Origin: Octopus vulgaris
Taxonomy: Eukaryota
DNA length: 64,000 bases
Direction: 5' to 3'
Assembly (NCBI GenBank): GCA_951406725.2
Contig: OX597816.1
Location: 104,346,001 to 104,410,000, forward strand
Part shown: positions 13,680 to 27,189 of the stretch, piece after piece
How the letters are laid out: each line of letters opens with the position of its first letter
Numbering within the stretch: the first letter of the stretch is position 1
The notes under the pieces: generated by a model
The model's database searches: none
Told to the model about the DNA's origin: nothing
Seen by the model: only the letters and a program-made list of their open reading frames with translations
Program-made: the position numbers and the translations under genes

Positions 13680-15568
13680 CAGAGATTAAACACACAGATT
13701 AAGTCTGTTTATAGACATCCTCCTGAAACCCTTCCTTAAACATATCGATAGTCATATCAGAGATGACTTGGATATGTTAAACCACCTTCCAAAAAACGTT
13801 AAGGAAGAAACAATCATGGTTTCATTTGATGTAGTTAATTTATATACCAGTATAGCTCATAATTATGGACTAGAGGCAATACAGTTCTGGCTGGAACAAT
13901 TTCCGGAAGAAATACCAAAAAGGATCAGTAAAGAATTCATTACTAAATCGGTTGAATTCATCCTACATAATAACCACTTCATGTTTGACAATACATTTTA
14001 CCGTCAAAAATCCGGAATTGCTATGGGTACAAGGACAGCACCAGTCATTGCGAACCTAACAATGGGCTACCTGGAAATAATTGTATACCAGGAATCTTTA
14101 TCGACCTTTGGAAAGCCCCTCTCTCAATACATAAAAGAGAATTGGAAAAGATTCCTAGACGATTGTTTTATACTCTGGAATGAAAACACAGATAAACTCC
14201 TAAAATTCAAAAACCTATTGAACAGCATCAACCCAAATGTACAGTTCACAATGGAATACAACCAAAAGGAACTTCCATTCTTAGATATACTAATTACAAA
14301 ATTAACCTTGAAATAGAAACAGACATTTTTTACAAAGCCACAGACGCTAAACAATACCTACTTTTTGATTCATGCCACCCAAGACACACTAAAACAAACA
14401 TCCCTTTCAACCTTGCAAGAAGGATATGCACAATAGTGTCAGAACAAAGTACCAGGAACGTTAGACTACAAGAACCCAAAAACACCCTAATTGACAGACA
14501 CTACCCAGCTCAACTCATAGAGGATGGGATCAGACGTGCAACAGAAATTGACATAGAATCTTTGAGAAAAGTTCAACACAACAACACAACTTCCCCGAAA
14601 ATACTGCCTTACATATCCACATACAACCCCAGAAAGAAAGAAGCCTTCACCATCATCACCCAGAATTTACCAATACTTCATAAGGACCCAAAATTAAAGG
14701 AAATTCTAAACATACATAAAGTCATTAAAAGCTACAAACAACCTAAATCACTTAAAAAGATTCTCACAAAGGCAAAATTGTTTTCTGAAATTATGGATGC
14801 AAAAGTAAAAAAATGTGGAAGACCAAACTGCGCAATATGCCCAAACCTTCTAGAAGGATCAGAATTCCTTTTCAAAGAGGGACAAAAATTCAAGTTCAGA
14901 TCTAATTTTACTTGTGCTTCTGAAAACATAATTTATGTCATAAGGTGCTCGGGCTGCCACCAAAACTACGTGGGGTCCACGGGACTATCACTCAGACATA
15001 TATGCACTCTGCATCGACAACAGATCGCATTCCCAGAATACAGAATGATACTCCTTAGTGAGCATATTGAGAAATGCGCAAAGCAACTACTACCACAATT
15101 TTTAATCTTTCCATTCTATCATTGTGCTATTGGAACACCAACACAAATTAGATTAAACAAGGAAACATTCTTCATTGAAAAATATACGCCCAAACTTAAC
15201 CACTCTAACATTCTTATACAGAGAAACTCACCCCATCAAATAAAGGGAAAAGAAATATAAAGCGATTATCTCCCTTATACCGGAAGAAATCGCTTATTAC
15301 CTTCCCCTACCTGGAACTCTTCTTTGCACTTCATAACGAAGACGTAACACGATGTAAAGAAAGACATTTGAGAAATTTGAAAAGTTAACACGAAACCGCT
15401 AATTTCTTCAAAAACTATGTTATTGTATGAAAAAATTTTATAACATTCTTCTAACATAATGACTCAAATATATTCTTTAACCCTATAAAACAAGCCTTTT
15501 GTAGTTTTTCACTCTTTGCTATTTTTTATTTATATTCAACCACGTGCTTTCACACACCAACTTTCTCA

Positions 15569-15570
<2 letters not shown>
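13680..15570 (+). mobile_element. 5'-truncated Penelope-like element, Neptune-like (RT + Cys linker + GIY-YIG), frameshifted
   Basis: RT motifs VSFDVVNLYTSI, GIAMGT, KRFLDD, LPFLDI; linker CGRPNCAICP; IYVIRC..C..NYVGSTG endonuclease. Confidence 0.9.
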
Positions 15571-15602
<32 letters not shown>

Positions 15603-15604
<2 letters not shown>

Positions 15605-18600
15605 AAAAGCAATAAAGATTCAAGTTAATTTAAATGAATTTACTTGAATATGGTACCTAACTTAGATGCACCAAAAAAAACTATACTGTTTTAACAATAC
15701 AGTAATGTGGGGTGATTATAAGCGAGAAAGAAGCAACAAGAATGGATAGGTTTTTAGTACAATCGTTTCATACAAGGACAGGCTTTATTAAAAGTTGCAA
15801 AAATTACAGCATATAAACGTGTCCTGTACTCATCAGCTAAAATACATGTGAGTTCTCTAGACATCCTATTGGTTGAGGCTATACTCATGAAGTAGATAAT
15901 TAAGTAACATAAACAGATTTCCAAAGTTCATTAAATTTCTTTAAAGATGATGTGCAGTCTTATCACAGAATTTTAAAAAAAGTTTTAACAGCATCACAGA
16001 GAAGGTGACCTAATCCATAGTGCACATATGAATTTCCAGAGATATGATGAGGGATTACATACTCACAGACGACAAATTTATCCATTGTTAATCACAACGA
16101 GGTGGGTCTCAATTCCTGCTTATTAGCATTACAGAGAGGGTGAATTAATCCTTTGTATAGATGCACAATTTCCAATGGTGTAGATGTAAATTTCCAGAGA
16201 AATGAAGAGGAATTTCATATTCACAGGCGATAAATTTATCAATGGTTGAACACAATGAGGTAGGTATCAATTCTTGTTATATGATTAGGTATTTGCCACA
16301 TTAATCACATTACTGCTATTTACAAGAGGCTGTAGCTGTTTAACTTTTAAAGGCTGAAGGGCTTTCTAGAGATGCAAAGAATAGAAAAGGGGAGGGAATA
16401 GAAGAAAAGAGAGAAAGTAAAGGAGGAGGGAGCAAAAAGGGGGGGGGAGAGGGACTAAAAGAGAGAAGAGAAAAGGAAAAAGAGAATAGGAAGAAGAAAA
16501 AGAAAAAAGAGCAAAGAGAAAGAAATAGGGAAAGAAGGGAAAAAAAGAAAAAAAAAAAAGAAAAAAGAAAAAGAAAAAAAAGAGTGTTCTAGTTATACAG
16601 AAGAATTAGCAGACGGCAAGTCTGGTTTTAATTTACAGGCATCTAGGAACTAGAGGAGAATATTATTATTTGACCAGTAAAACAGCTAATTTATTGCTGT
16701 TGAAATCAGCTATGAATTTAAAGAGAATCTAAAGAGATAACACAGTCAGGGGTTTAGGGGTCAGATGCTAAAATCAAAAGAAAATACATTAGGAAAATCT
16801 AAGTATAATCTTATCAAAAAGTCATTAAAGTTTACTTATTTAATTTATTCATTATATTGTCTTAAGGAGTTGCCTTTATTATTCATACATTGACGGACTA
16901 CAGGTCAAATCTTAGAAGATCATTTACAAGGTGTTAGGGGATTGTCTATCATAATGAAGATAATCATATTATCACCGAGGGAGTAGCCTTATTTATTTAA
17001 TTTTGGAATAGAATTATGGGGCTATAGTAACTCATTTTATTTTATTAGAGTTATGCTACTTAAATTAGATTAAGTTAGGAATTAAAATTACAAATTTCAA
17101 TTAAGATTTAAAATTAAGAATTTAAAATTATGAGTTTGAAATTAAATAAAGCCTCAATTAAGCAGCGTATAAGTACTATTCATTTCCCTGTTCTCAAAAA
17201 AACTGATGCAGATATAAGGAAAAAGATAACTGTAGTGTGAGAACTCTTAGTTATCTACTTAAAGCAGTGTTATACTAGTAGAAATCAAGTTATATCTATC
17301 TATCTAGTTACGAATATTCTAATCATTTAAAATATTTTAAAGTCTTCAATTTAGCGTGGACACAAACTTGACCTAGTTCGATATGGTTATTCAATAAGTT
17401 TCTATGTTTTCTATGCTTTAGAATTTCATACGTCTCCATGGAGCATAGTTGGCAACCAACCCTACTATTTTTGTACGGAATTGCTCTCCTAACTATTTCC
17501 CAATTAAGGTTATAATTATTATTATTATTTTTGAGTTCCCACATTTTGTTTGAAAGTGTGGTGGTACCAGCTTTATGACGTAATTTAAAAGACGAGATGT
17601 GATTTCTAACTCTAGAAAGAAAATTAATTGTACATCCAATGTAAAAATATTTGTTATTCTCCGTGGATATGGTACATTTATAGATTACATTATTTTCCCC
17701 ACATAGACCAGGTGCCGGGCATTTTGATTTTATTCTACACTTACACACAGGAGGAACAACTTCAGGCTTTGGATTATTCTTGGGTAGATGTCTTAGGTTC
17801 CTATTACTTTGATTATCATTTCTATAGTTAGTGCTGATATCTAAAGTATTGCTATTATTTATTGATCCTTCTGTTTCATCATTTAGGTCTAAAGTCCTAC
17901 CATGATTTCTTATATTATTGGTAATGTTACTATTATTGTTAGTCTTTTTATCCGACTGCATATTGTTGTTATAGATATCACTGATATTTTCATTCTCCTT
18001 ATTTTCTCCATTAGCCTTATTTCTATTATTTCTATTATTAACATTATTACTTCTATTAATATCGGCATTGTTATTATTACTATTACTGTTAATGTTATTA
18101 GTCATTCTGTGGTTACTAATTTCACCTATGTTTTGATAGTTACTATTGCTGTTTTTATTGTTGGTAGTATTATTATAATTTCTATTGGTATTCATGCTGA
18201 TATTATTATTTTTATTTCTATCTTTCCTGGCTAGTTTAATGTTGTTATTATTAATCTTAGCTATTAAAGTGGACATATTTGGGAGGGTTGAATAAGAAAT
18301 CCTAACTGTTTTCCTAGAAATAATTCTATGATATCTATGAGAGATAGGGAAATTTTTTTCCAGAATTACTTTGAATTTGTTCTCTATATCCGATTGTATC
18401 GCACAGTTGAAAGGAATATTCAGCCATAATATATCTTTTTTATTAAATTTAGGGTTATTAGAATTACTACTATTCATCTCACCGGAGTTATTGTATTTAT
18501 TACCATTATTTTTATTTTTATTTGTGTGCATCTTAGGTTTATCTACTTCGATATTATCCGATTTACCTATTTTCTGGTCAATGCTTCTATTTGAATTGTT

Positions 18601-19854
18601 GGGCCTGTACGCTAGATTAGCGTTTACCGTTAATTTAATTCTACTTTTATTTCGGGCTTGGTCTGCATTGCTGCTTACGTGATTACTGATAACTTCATTA
18701 TTAGGAATACATGAGTTCCCCTTATCAACGAATGTAATCTTTTGGTTGTATCCAGCCTTGGTTAACGCCGCATTATAATGCTCAGAATGGGAGTTAAATA
18801 TATCCTTATTGGATGATAATTTTGAAATTCTTAATGAAATATTTCTTACTAAAGATTCTATTATATTTGGGGGATGATTTGATAATTTATTTACGTAATT
18901 CGTGATTTCGCCTTCCTTTCTAAATGGGTAATGTAGCTTGGAGTTCAGGTCTAGCGTAATATCTAGGAGGTTAACTATTTTAGTGCCCGGTTCATACGTT
19001 ATACTGAGGTTGAAATCCTTAAAGAACTTATTAATTTTCTTTCTAATCCTTTCTATAACAGATTTATTATTACTAGGGATAACAAACAGAGCATCATCCC
19101 TATATAGACCCCCTGTATTTCTGGGATATCCTTGCTTATGCATTTTAATAGATATGCGCCTACTAGGTTGGTTACCTCAGCCGAATCACTGGAACCCATT
19201 GGTATATCAAAAAAATTAGGTGTATCTGCTCTAGTCCGTAATTTATCTTCAAATTCTATAAATGTCTTCCTAGCTAGTAGCACAATATTGATTTCTCCTC
19301 TAGATATGAGGGAGCGATTCATGGCAAATATTAGTGATTTGTTGAGTAAGATAGGGGAAATACTAGAGTAATAACTATTAATATCGAACTGAATAAAGGA
19401 CAGACTACTAGTATTATTTAGAGAGTTAAACCATTTTAGAACTTCGTCCGTACTTAGCCATAGGTTTAAGGGGAGAAGGGGGTTATTTGGGGTAGAACAG
19501 TGTCCAGGATAGATTTACTAAGTCGGCCAATGTCCGACTTAGTTGGACAGATCAGCCTTACCGAAGGGTTTTCCAAGAAGTTCTTTTTGTGGTCTTTAAG
19601 GTTGATCCTGGGCTCACACGGTTTAAGTGGCTCCGTTCTATCCGTTAAATTTAGTTTCTCCATGATCTCTTTCATTTCCATGTTTACTTTTTTCAAATTG
19701 TTCTTAGTCGTAATTTTATATTTGGAGTTTAGTTCCTTCCTAATTAATTTGCTATAAATATCGTAATCAACTCTATACATATTACCCGTTTTATCTGCTG
19801 GTACTAGGATTCCATGTTTGCACCGGGTTGACTGAATAAAGTTCCTAAGGCGTC

Positions 19855-19855
<1 letters not shown>
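15603..19855 (-). mobile_element. Penelope-like element, Naiad-like, 5'-truncated, with long 3' region and pLTR
   Basis: PADKTGNMY, LKDHKKNF..NPSVRLICP, DIPMGSSDSAE, GLYRDD, then CKCR..CP..C, VIYKC..YIG, CQLC..E, CVH; frameshifts between ORFs 19466-19969, 19053-19322 and 17323-19143. Confidence 0.9.
15752..15842 (-). ncRNA. Type-I hammerhead ribozyme in the Naiad-like pLTR
   Basis: Minus strand TTTTAG-CTGATGA-GTACAGGACA...TGTCCTTGTAT-GAAA-CGATTGTA^CTAAAA; intact core, GUA triplet, same orientation as the ORF. Confidence 0.85.
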
Positions 19856-19885
<30 letters not shown>

Positions 19886-21196
19886 GTATGTATATAAATA
19901 TATGTGTGTGTGTGTGTATGTGTGTGTGTGTTGAATTAATATACACATGTCATCTTTCGCTTGTTTCAACTACATGAGTGTAGCTATCTGTTAATGTGCT
20001 TTTTCATTTTCAAGATGGCATGGTATTAGCTGAGGGCGTTTTTGTTGTTGCTTGCTTTAGCCTTTAGACCGACCGTCTACAGGTTCCCTCAGTTCAACGA
20101 ATCCGTGAAGTTATGCTGTTTACTGTCAACAGATGCCATGAATATATAACCAGATGTTGACAGCTGACAGTGAAGCAATTTTCCAGTATCTATTGCTGAT
20201 GCAGAGAGTGCATGTGTTTCGGGTAGAACAATGAAGTGTGCTGTTATCCTTATGATAGCAGTAATTGATAGAGAGCCAATTATCTTACAAGGATTGTTGA
20301 CAAGGAGATCATTTAATACTGTCAACACACACTGTGCATCTACAGTTTCGAGGTCAGATATTTATAGAAGGAGATATTATTCTAAGAGAAGAGTTTATCA
20401 GCAAGGAGTCTTGCTTGATATTTTTTATTATATTTTATTTTTCAATACTATTTGATAGAATCAGTCTCAACACAGCATTAATGATTTCTATAATTTAATA
20501 ATGATGTCTGAGAGACTCAAACTTAATGATCGTAATGTTTGCAAAACTTAATAATTTGAAAATCAGAATATTCAAAAGGGATTTGTTTCTACTTCCTGCA
20601 CAGTTCCTGTTGTATAAAGAAGACAAATACGACAGCTTCCCGCTAAAACAATGGTGCTTAAGAGGATAGCTTTATTATTTATTTAATTTTTTCTAAAACA
20701 ACTTCATCTTACTTTAAAATTAAAAACAAAAGGATCGACTTTCAGTAGCATTTTGAATGTTATAAACTCATACTAATTGGAAGAGAACATTAGAAGGAAG
20801 ATCTGAAGAAAAAAGTTCCTTCCAAATAGCTATTGTTGTTTCAATGATAAAAGATGACACAGTTGAAAGTTAATAATGCATCGTACATGTCATCATGTCT
20901 GCAACGAAAAATAATAATAAACAGAAGGGAAATGTAATAAAATAAATCATTCTGATTAGGTAACTTCACTTCAAATAATCATAGGAAACAAAATCAATTG
21001 AAAACAAGAGCCATACTATAAAAATGTGATTCAACACCGCGCCAAAAAAGACTAATACACGTTTCTAGTATATAACAGTAACGTAGCATTGCACATTCAC
21101 ACACACACACAAACACACTCAGGCATGTGCGTGTGTGTATGTCTGTTTATTTGTGTGTGTGTGTGTGTGTGTGTAGTGCTACATTACTTTAAAATA

Positions 21197-21405
21197 CAGG
21201 GCGACCCAGAAGTCGCGCACCATTCTGGTTTTCATTTAAAATAATTAATGCATTTTATTTTATTATATTTTTTCGGCATGTTTTATTGTAGAAGGTGCTC
21301 AATTTGAGCATTTGTTACGATTAATTTCAATAAAATGGTTTGGAAATCAATAAGGGTGTATTCTTTTAAAAAACCACGGTGGTGCGCAACTTCTGGGACA
21401 CCCTG
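21197..21405. mobile_element. Tc1/mariner-type MITE (209 bp)
   Basis: TIRs CAGGGCGACCCAGAAGTCGCGCACCA / TGGTGCGCAACTTCTGGGACACCCTG with TA on both sides. Confidence 0.9.
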
Positions 21406-21460
21406 TATACTCACGGACACACACAGATAGATAGATAATTAGATAAATATAAAAAGGTAC

Positions 21461-21509
<49 letters not shown>

Positions 21510-21579
21510 CATACACTCATCATTATGAGGTTTACTGTGTCCTTATATTTATAAACATATTAATAATTCAAAATAAAAA

Positions 21580-22050
21580 TAATTCTTTCTTTATTGGCTA
21601 TAAGCGCTATGAAGAACATTTGGGACACACAGACAAAAGACAGTGGATACATATAAAAACACGTGAACAATTGAAGTAACAAGAATTAAATTTTCTTAAC
21701 AAATCATCTTATACAGAAAGTGCCACCCAGGGGCAACCAAGGAAACCCACTGATCCTGATCCACCTTAGGTATCAGTAGTAATATGACAATGCTCTTTCC
21801 TTTTCCTCCTCGGCCTACAGGAGCCAACTTAGAAAAGGGGCACTCTCTGGTACCACCCTCGCCACACTTATCTATCTTTCAACAAATTTACTTGGGAACC
21901 ACAACTCCCTCTCAACCCCTCGTTTGGATAAAAAAGAAAGGTGCCAGTCTATAAACATTACAGTCTCATTCACCATACAATATTTTTCGCCATAGCGAAC
22001 AAAGGGAAATGACCTGCCCTTCCCGACAAGAAAATGATGGCGGGACGATA
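21580..22050 (-). mobile_element. Degenerate L1/Tx1-like 3' end
   Basis: Minus-strand remnant SKFVER*ISVARV followed by a 3'UTR ending CCAATAAAGAAAGAA; recognised by eye. Confidence 0.45.
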
Positions 22051-22080
22051 ACTGTTATCATTATTATTATTATTATTATT

Positions 22081-22638
22081 GAGTGAGAGAGCAGTTCATG
22101 CCATCAAAGTGACACTGGGGTAAAATATACGAAGCCCAATATACCCATCATGACTACCCGTCTGATAAAGGTACACCAGGCACATGCATCACAACCATGT
22201 GTGCGCGACATGGTGATCTCATATCAAGATAAACAGCACATGACCTTGCAGGTGGGGCCCAGTTAGAATTTTCTTCAGGTTGAGTAGCCCATCCCGCTCA
22301 AACGGTCCCTGAATAAGGGTTGTTTAAGGATGTTGAAAGAACCACCCATGTTTCCAGAGGTGAACTATTCAAACCCCAAAGAATCCCTCTCAACACATGG
22401 CTATGATGCTCCCCCACTACTTCTGCTCGTGATCAGAGATGCACATATCGTCAGCCACTAAGGGACATGCTCAACTGGTTAAGGTCAAACAACTGACAAG
22501 CAAATCTGTGGTATTGAGCAGAATATTTGCTGTAGCCCATCTTTTATACCAAGACAAAACAATGTACATGATAACACTTCCAATCAGTTAAGATCAGAAG
22601 CCATGAGAGCCACTGCCTGGTACTGCATCAGGGCATTT
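22081..22638. mobile_element. ~560-bp non-coding element bounded on both sides by (ATT)n
   Basis: Sharp boundaries, higher GC than flanks, no ORF, embedded in (ATT)n next to a Dong LINE. Confidence 0.6.
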
Positions 22639-22700
22639 ATTATTATTATAATTATTATTATTATTATTATTATTATCATTATTATTATTATTATTGTTAT

Positions 22701-23615
22701 TGAGTATATTTTTTATATCGTGCTTTCACTTCACTACCGAGCGCAGCTCTGTGTGCCTTGGGTATGTGCTGTGATTTGTTGTGATGCTCTGATGGTTATT
22801 GTATGGAAAGTGTTCTGCGTAGGATGTGTGCAGTGCCTAGTAGTGCAATTTTATGTATGTTATATGTGTTTGTAAGTCCTGGTGTTTTTGTTATGTATTT
22901 GTCTGAATATTTTTTTATCATGCCTAATGCACCTACTATGATAGGAATTGTTTCTGTTTTCAGATTCCACATTCTAGTTACCTCTATTTCCAGGTCTTTG
23001 TATTTTGAGAGTTTCTCCATTTCTTTTAGAGACACGTTGTCATCTGCCGGTATTGATACATCAATTAGAAAGCATTTTTTTTCTTCATGATCTCTGACAA
23101 CTATATCTGGTCTGTTGGCCTTAATTTCTCTATCTGTGTGTATCGGCATATCCCAGAGTATGGTTGCTTTCTCGTTTTCTGTGACCTTTTCTGGTGTGTG
23201 CCTATACCATCTTTTTTCTGTTGTTATTCCATAATGTTGGCATAGTTTCCAGTATATATAGGTCCCAACTCTGTCATGTCTGTGAATATATTCCTTCTTA
23301 GCCAGGACTGAGAAGCCAGAGATAATATGATTTATTGTTTCTTGTCCATCTCCACATATTCTGCAGTTACTTGTTATATTTCTTTTCATTACATGTTTTT
23401 GGTAATTTCTGGTGGGGAGGCTTTGGTCTTTTGCTGCAATTAAAAATCCTTCTGTTTCTGCTTTCAGTCCTGAGCTTCTCAACCATTGTTGGGATTTTTC
23501 TTTGTCTATTTCTTTTGCATTTAGTTTAGTCCAATATTTGCCATCGTTTTATTATGGTTCCTTGCTATTCTATTTTTAGTTTGGATTTCATTTGTTTTAT
23601 AGCTTTTGTTGTGTC

Positions 23616-23647
<32 letters not shown>

Positions 23648-26600
23648 TTCTTCTTCTTCTTCTTCTTCTTCTTCTTCTTCTTCTTCTTCTTCTTCTTCTT
23701 CTTCTTCTTCTTCTTCTTCTTCTTCTTCTTCTTCTTCTTCTTCTTCTTCATTTTTGTTAGGTGGTATGATTTCTTGTTTGTATTTGTCAGCTTCCTTAAA
23801 TACTGAGAACAGTTTTTTGTTTTGCTCGTATTTTGCCGCTATTTGTATAAATTTTCCTTCCTTCTGAAGTAGATATTTTTGCAGTCCTATGGTGGTTATT
23901 TTATAGTAGTTTTCCAGCTGTATAAGGCCTCTACCACTATCTATACGTTGTATATATATAGCCTTTCTATGTCAGATTTTGGGTGACGCATCCTAGATCC
24001 TGTTTATTATTTTTCTTGTTTTCCTATCTATTTTGGTCAGTTCATTTAGTGTCCAGTTAAGGATATTGTAGCTGTAACTTATGACTGGGCCGGCTAAAGT
24101 GTTAATACCTATTATCTTGTTTTTAGCATTGAGCTCTGTTTTCAGTATTGATCTAACTCGTCTATAATATTCTTTTTTATATTTTCTCTTTCATTTGTGT
24201 GTGTTGTGTCTTATCTAGTTCATGGATTCCTAAATATTTGTAAGTTTGGCTTTGGTCTAATTCTTTTATTTCATTGGTTTCATCTAGTGTGATGTTGCTA
24301 CTCTTAACTAGCTTTCCTCTTTTCAGGGTTACTTTGGCGCATTTCTCTAATCCATATTTCATATCTATTTCTTTGGTAAACCCATGAACTGTCTTTAGTA
24401 GTGTTTCCAGCTGTTTGTCATTTGTAGCGTATAGTTTTAGGTCATCTATATATAAAAGATGGCTGATCGTTTTGCCGTAACATTTATATCCGCATCCAGT
24501 TCTGTTTAGCATATCCAATAGAGGTGACAGTGCCAAGCAGAAAAGGAGTGGAGAGAGTGTATCTCCCAGGAATATTCTCTTCTAATGGGGATGGCTTTGG
24601 TTTTCACAAGTCCCTCTTTTGTTTGGAGCTGTAGCACTGTTTGCCATTTATTCATAGAGTGTCCTATGTATTTTATAATTGTTGGTGCAACTTTGTTCAT
24701 GGCTAGTGTTTCGAGGATCCATGTGTGGGGGATGCTATCAAACGCTTTTCTGTAGTCGATCCAGGCCATACTAAGGCCTTTCTTCTTTCTGTGGCAGTCT
24801 TCAGTTATGGCTTTATTGATCATTAGTTGATCTTTACAACCATATGAGCCTTTGCGGCATCCTTTCTGCTCTTCTGGAAACAGGTTGTTTTCGTCCAGGT
24901 GCTTGTTCAATCTTTGCGATATTACTGCAGTAAATGCTTTGTACATTGTAGGGAGACAGGTTATAGGTCTGTAGTTTTCTGGTGTTGCTGTCTCATTTGA
25001 TTGGGGAATTAAGATGGTTTTCCCTTCGTGAGCCATTCAGGCATTGTCTCTGGCTCTGCTAGTATGTTGTTAAAATTTTCAGCCAGTTTTTTGTGCATTC
25101 CTGTTAGATATTTCAACCAGAAGTTGGGGATCTTGTCATGCCCAGGTGCCTTCCAGTTGCTTAGTCTTTGCATTGCCTGGGTGACCTCTTCAGTTGTTAT
25201 GGGGGTCCAAAGTTGCTCAGATGCTATGTTTGGTGTTTTAATACTCCTTTTTTTTGGTTGTTCGTTCGCCGACCATATTTCTCTCCAGAATTCTTCCACT
25301 TCTTCTGCCGTTGGTGCTGCAGTGATTTCCATTTTATTTTTGCCAAGTTCTTGGTAGAACTTTTTGGGGTTGGAGTTGAACTGTTTGTTTTGTTCAAAGA
25401 AACGTTGGCGTTTCTCGTACCGGCGGATCCTTTGTGCTTTGGCAAGGATATCTTGCTTTAGCTTTTCTTTTATCTCAGGTAAATCTTTTTCTGTGATGTT
25501 GTATTTGCGGAGTATTTTTGTGTTCTTTTTGTTGCTCAGTAGCGTTGATTGTCTACCGATTTCATTAAGAATCGACAGATCTTTTCTCATTTTTTGTATT
25601 TTGTTTTGGATGTTATTTATCCACAGGGTTTGTTAGGGTTGTGGTACTCTTGTTTGAATGGGTTTGAGTGAGTATCCTGCTGCGTATACTAAGTCATTTA
25701 GCTCAGTGATATCGCTTTTTGTTTCAGTGGCTATTAGTTCCGTGACGGCTAGGTTTATGTTGTTTATAATTGATGTTGTTGTTTTGTCTATTTTGATTTT
25801 TGGGAGGTATGGTCGGTGGTCCATTTTGAGCTCTGTGGTTTTCAGTTCTTTGATTATTCTACTTTTTATAGTTTCATAATCATTAGGCCCCCTCTTCGTT
25901 GTTTCCAGGTTTTAGATTTGTGTCGCTTTCTTTCTCATCCGTATGTTTGTTTGTCGTGTTTTGGCTTGCTGTTTGTCGTGTATTATTATGTATCCTTACG
26001 GTCTGGGTTTGTTGTTTTTTGTTTACATCGTTTTTGTTGGAAATGTTACGTTTGTCTTCGTGTTTTACTGTTTCAGTGTTTGTATTATTTGGCATTGTTG
26101 TGTGGCTTCTATCTACATTTTCCTTATGTATTTTTTCTTTTAAATGTTTTATTTCTATTTCTGATATTCTTTTGCGTTGAGAATATATCTCCGTATATTT
26201 GCTAGTTTATTAGGGTTCATTGTTGTATCCAGGTCTTTATTTATGTTATTTTTCTTCCATATTTTGTATGTATGTGTTGTTGTATTTTCATTCTTTGGGT
26301 AGAGCACTGCTGTAAATTAAGCGTGTAGGATAGAAATGTATTCCTCACGTGTCCATTTATGTCTTTTTGGTATTATTTGCGGGACATCAGGAACAACGTC
26401 CGGCCAATTATTTTGACGGTCGTCATTTTCGTAGGGTACCGGTCCGTTCATTTCTGTTGTCACATTGTTTTGCACGTGTAGTTTTTCGTACATTTTATGT
26501 TGTAAGTATACAGTACGTACTTCCCAATTGTTATTCTTGGGTTGAATAATACCGGTATTATTTAATTTCTTCGTAGTTTTTTTGTACATGGTGTTTGGGT

Positions 26601-26866
26601 CCGGAGATGATCTGGTGTTGATGGATCGTAATGTATCAAGCATGTTTACATGTGTTGTGTTAGAGGTGGAGATGATATCGAGTTAAAATACATCATTTCG
26701 TTTTGAAAATAGTAATAAATTTCAATGAGTATTACTTACTCGGATATAGTCCAAACCTTTGTCAGTTATTTTTTTAGCTCCATGCGATGTCTTTGTTTCC
26801 GATGTTTGTGGATAGATTTCGGAGCACTGTTTTATTGCTCTCACATGTTTAACGTCCCCGGTGTAA
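22701..26866 (-). mobile_element. Near full-length R4/Dong-type LINE, frameshifted
   Basis: N-terminal KWTREEY, RT (WKAPGHD, NYRPITCL, WIDYRKAFDS, YIDD), CRIC..H zinc knuckle, RHD, NRPDI..D..K..KY RLE; flanked by (TAA)n and (GAA)n. Confidence 0.93.
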
Positions 26867-26970
26867 TCTTCTTCTTCTTCTTCTTCTTCTTCTTCTTCTT
26901 CTTCTTCTTCTTCTTCTTCTTCTTCTTCTTCTTCTTCTTCTTCTTCTTCTTCTTCTTCTCCTTATTATTA

Positions 26971-27038
<68 letters not shown>

Positions 27039-27039
27039 G

Positions 27040-27082
<43 letters not shown>

Positions 27083-27102
27083 CATTATCATCATCATCAT
27101 CA

Positions 27103-27143
<41 letters not shown>

Positions 27144-27189
27144 TGTTATCATTATTGTCATCATTATCATCATCATTCTTATCATAAAC

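Noticed and set aside
17323-19855. Selenoprotein (UGA-Sec) Naiad
   Set aside because: Some Naiads are reported to encode Sec, but the conserved Cys positions here and in 41913-42398 are ordinary Cys codons, breaks are frameshifts, and no SECIS was evident
20000-20460. Short ORFs in apparently unique sequence
   Set aside because: No recognisable domain or splice signals
22395-22640. Hammerhead or U2 snRNA-like motifs in the 560-bp element
   Set aside because: GAAG replaces GAAA with no proper stems; U2-like matches are short and on opposite strands
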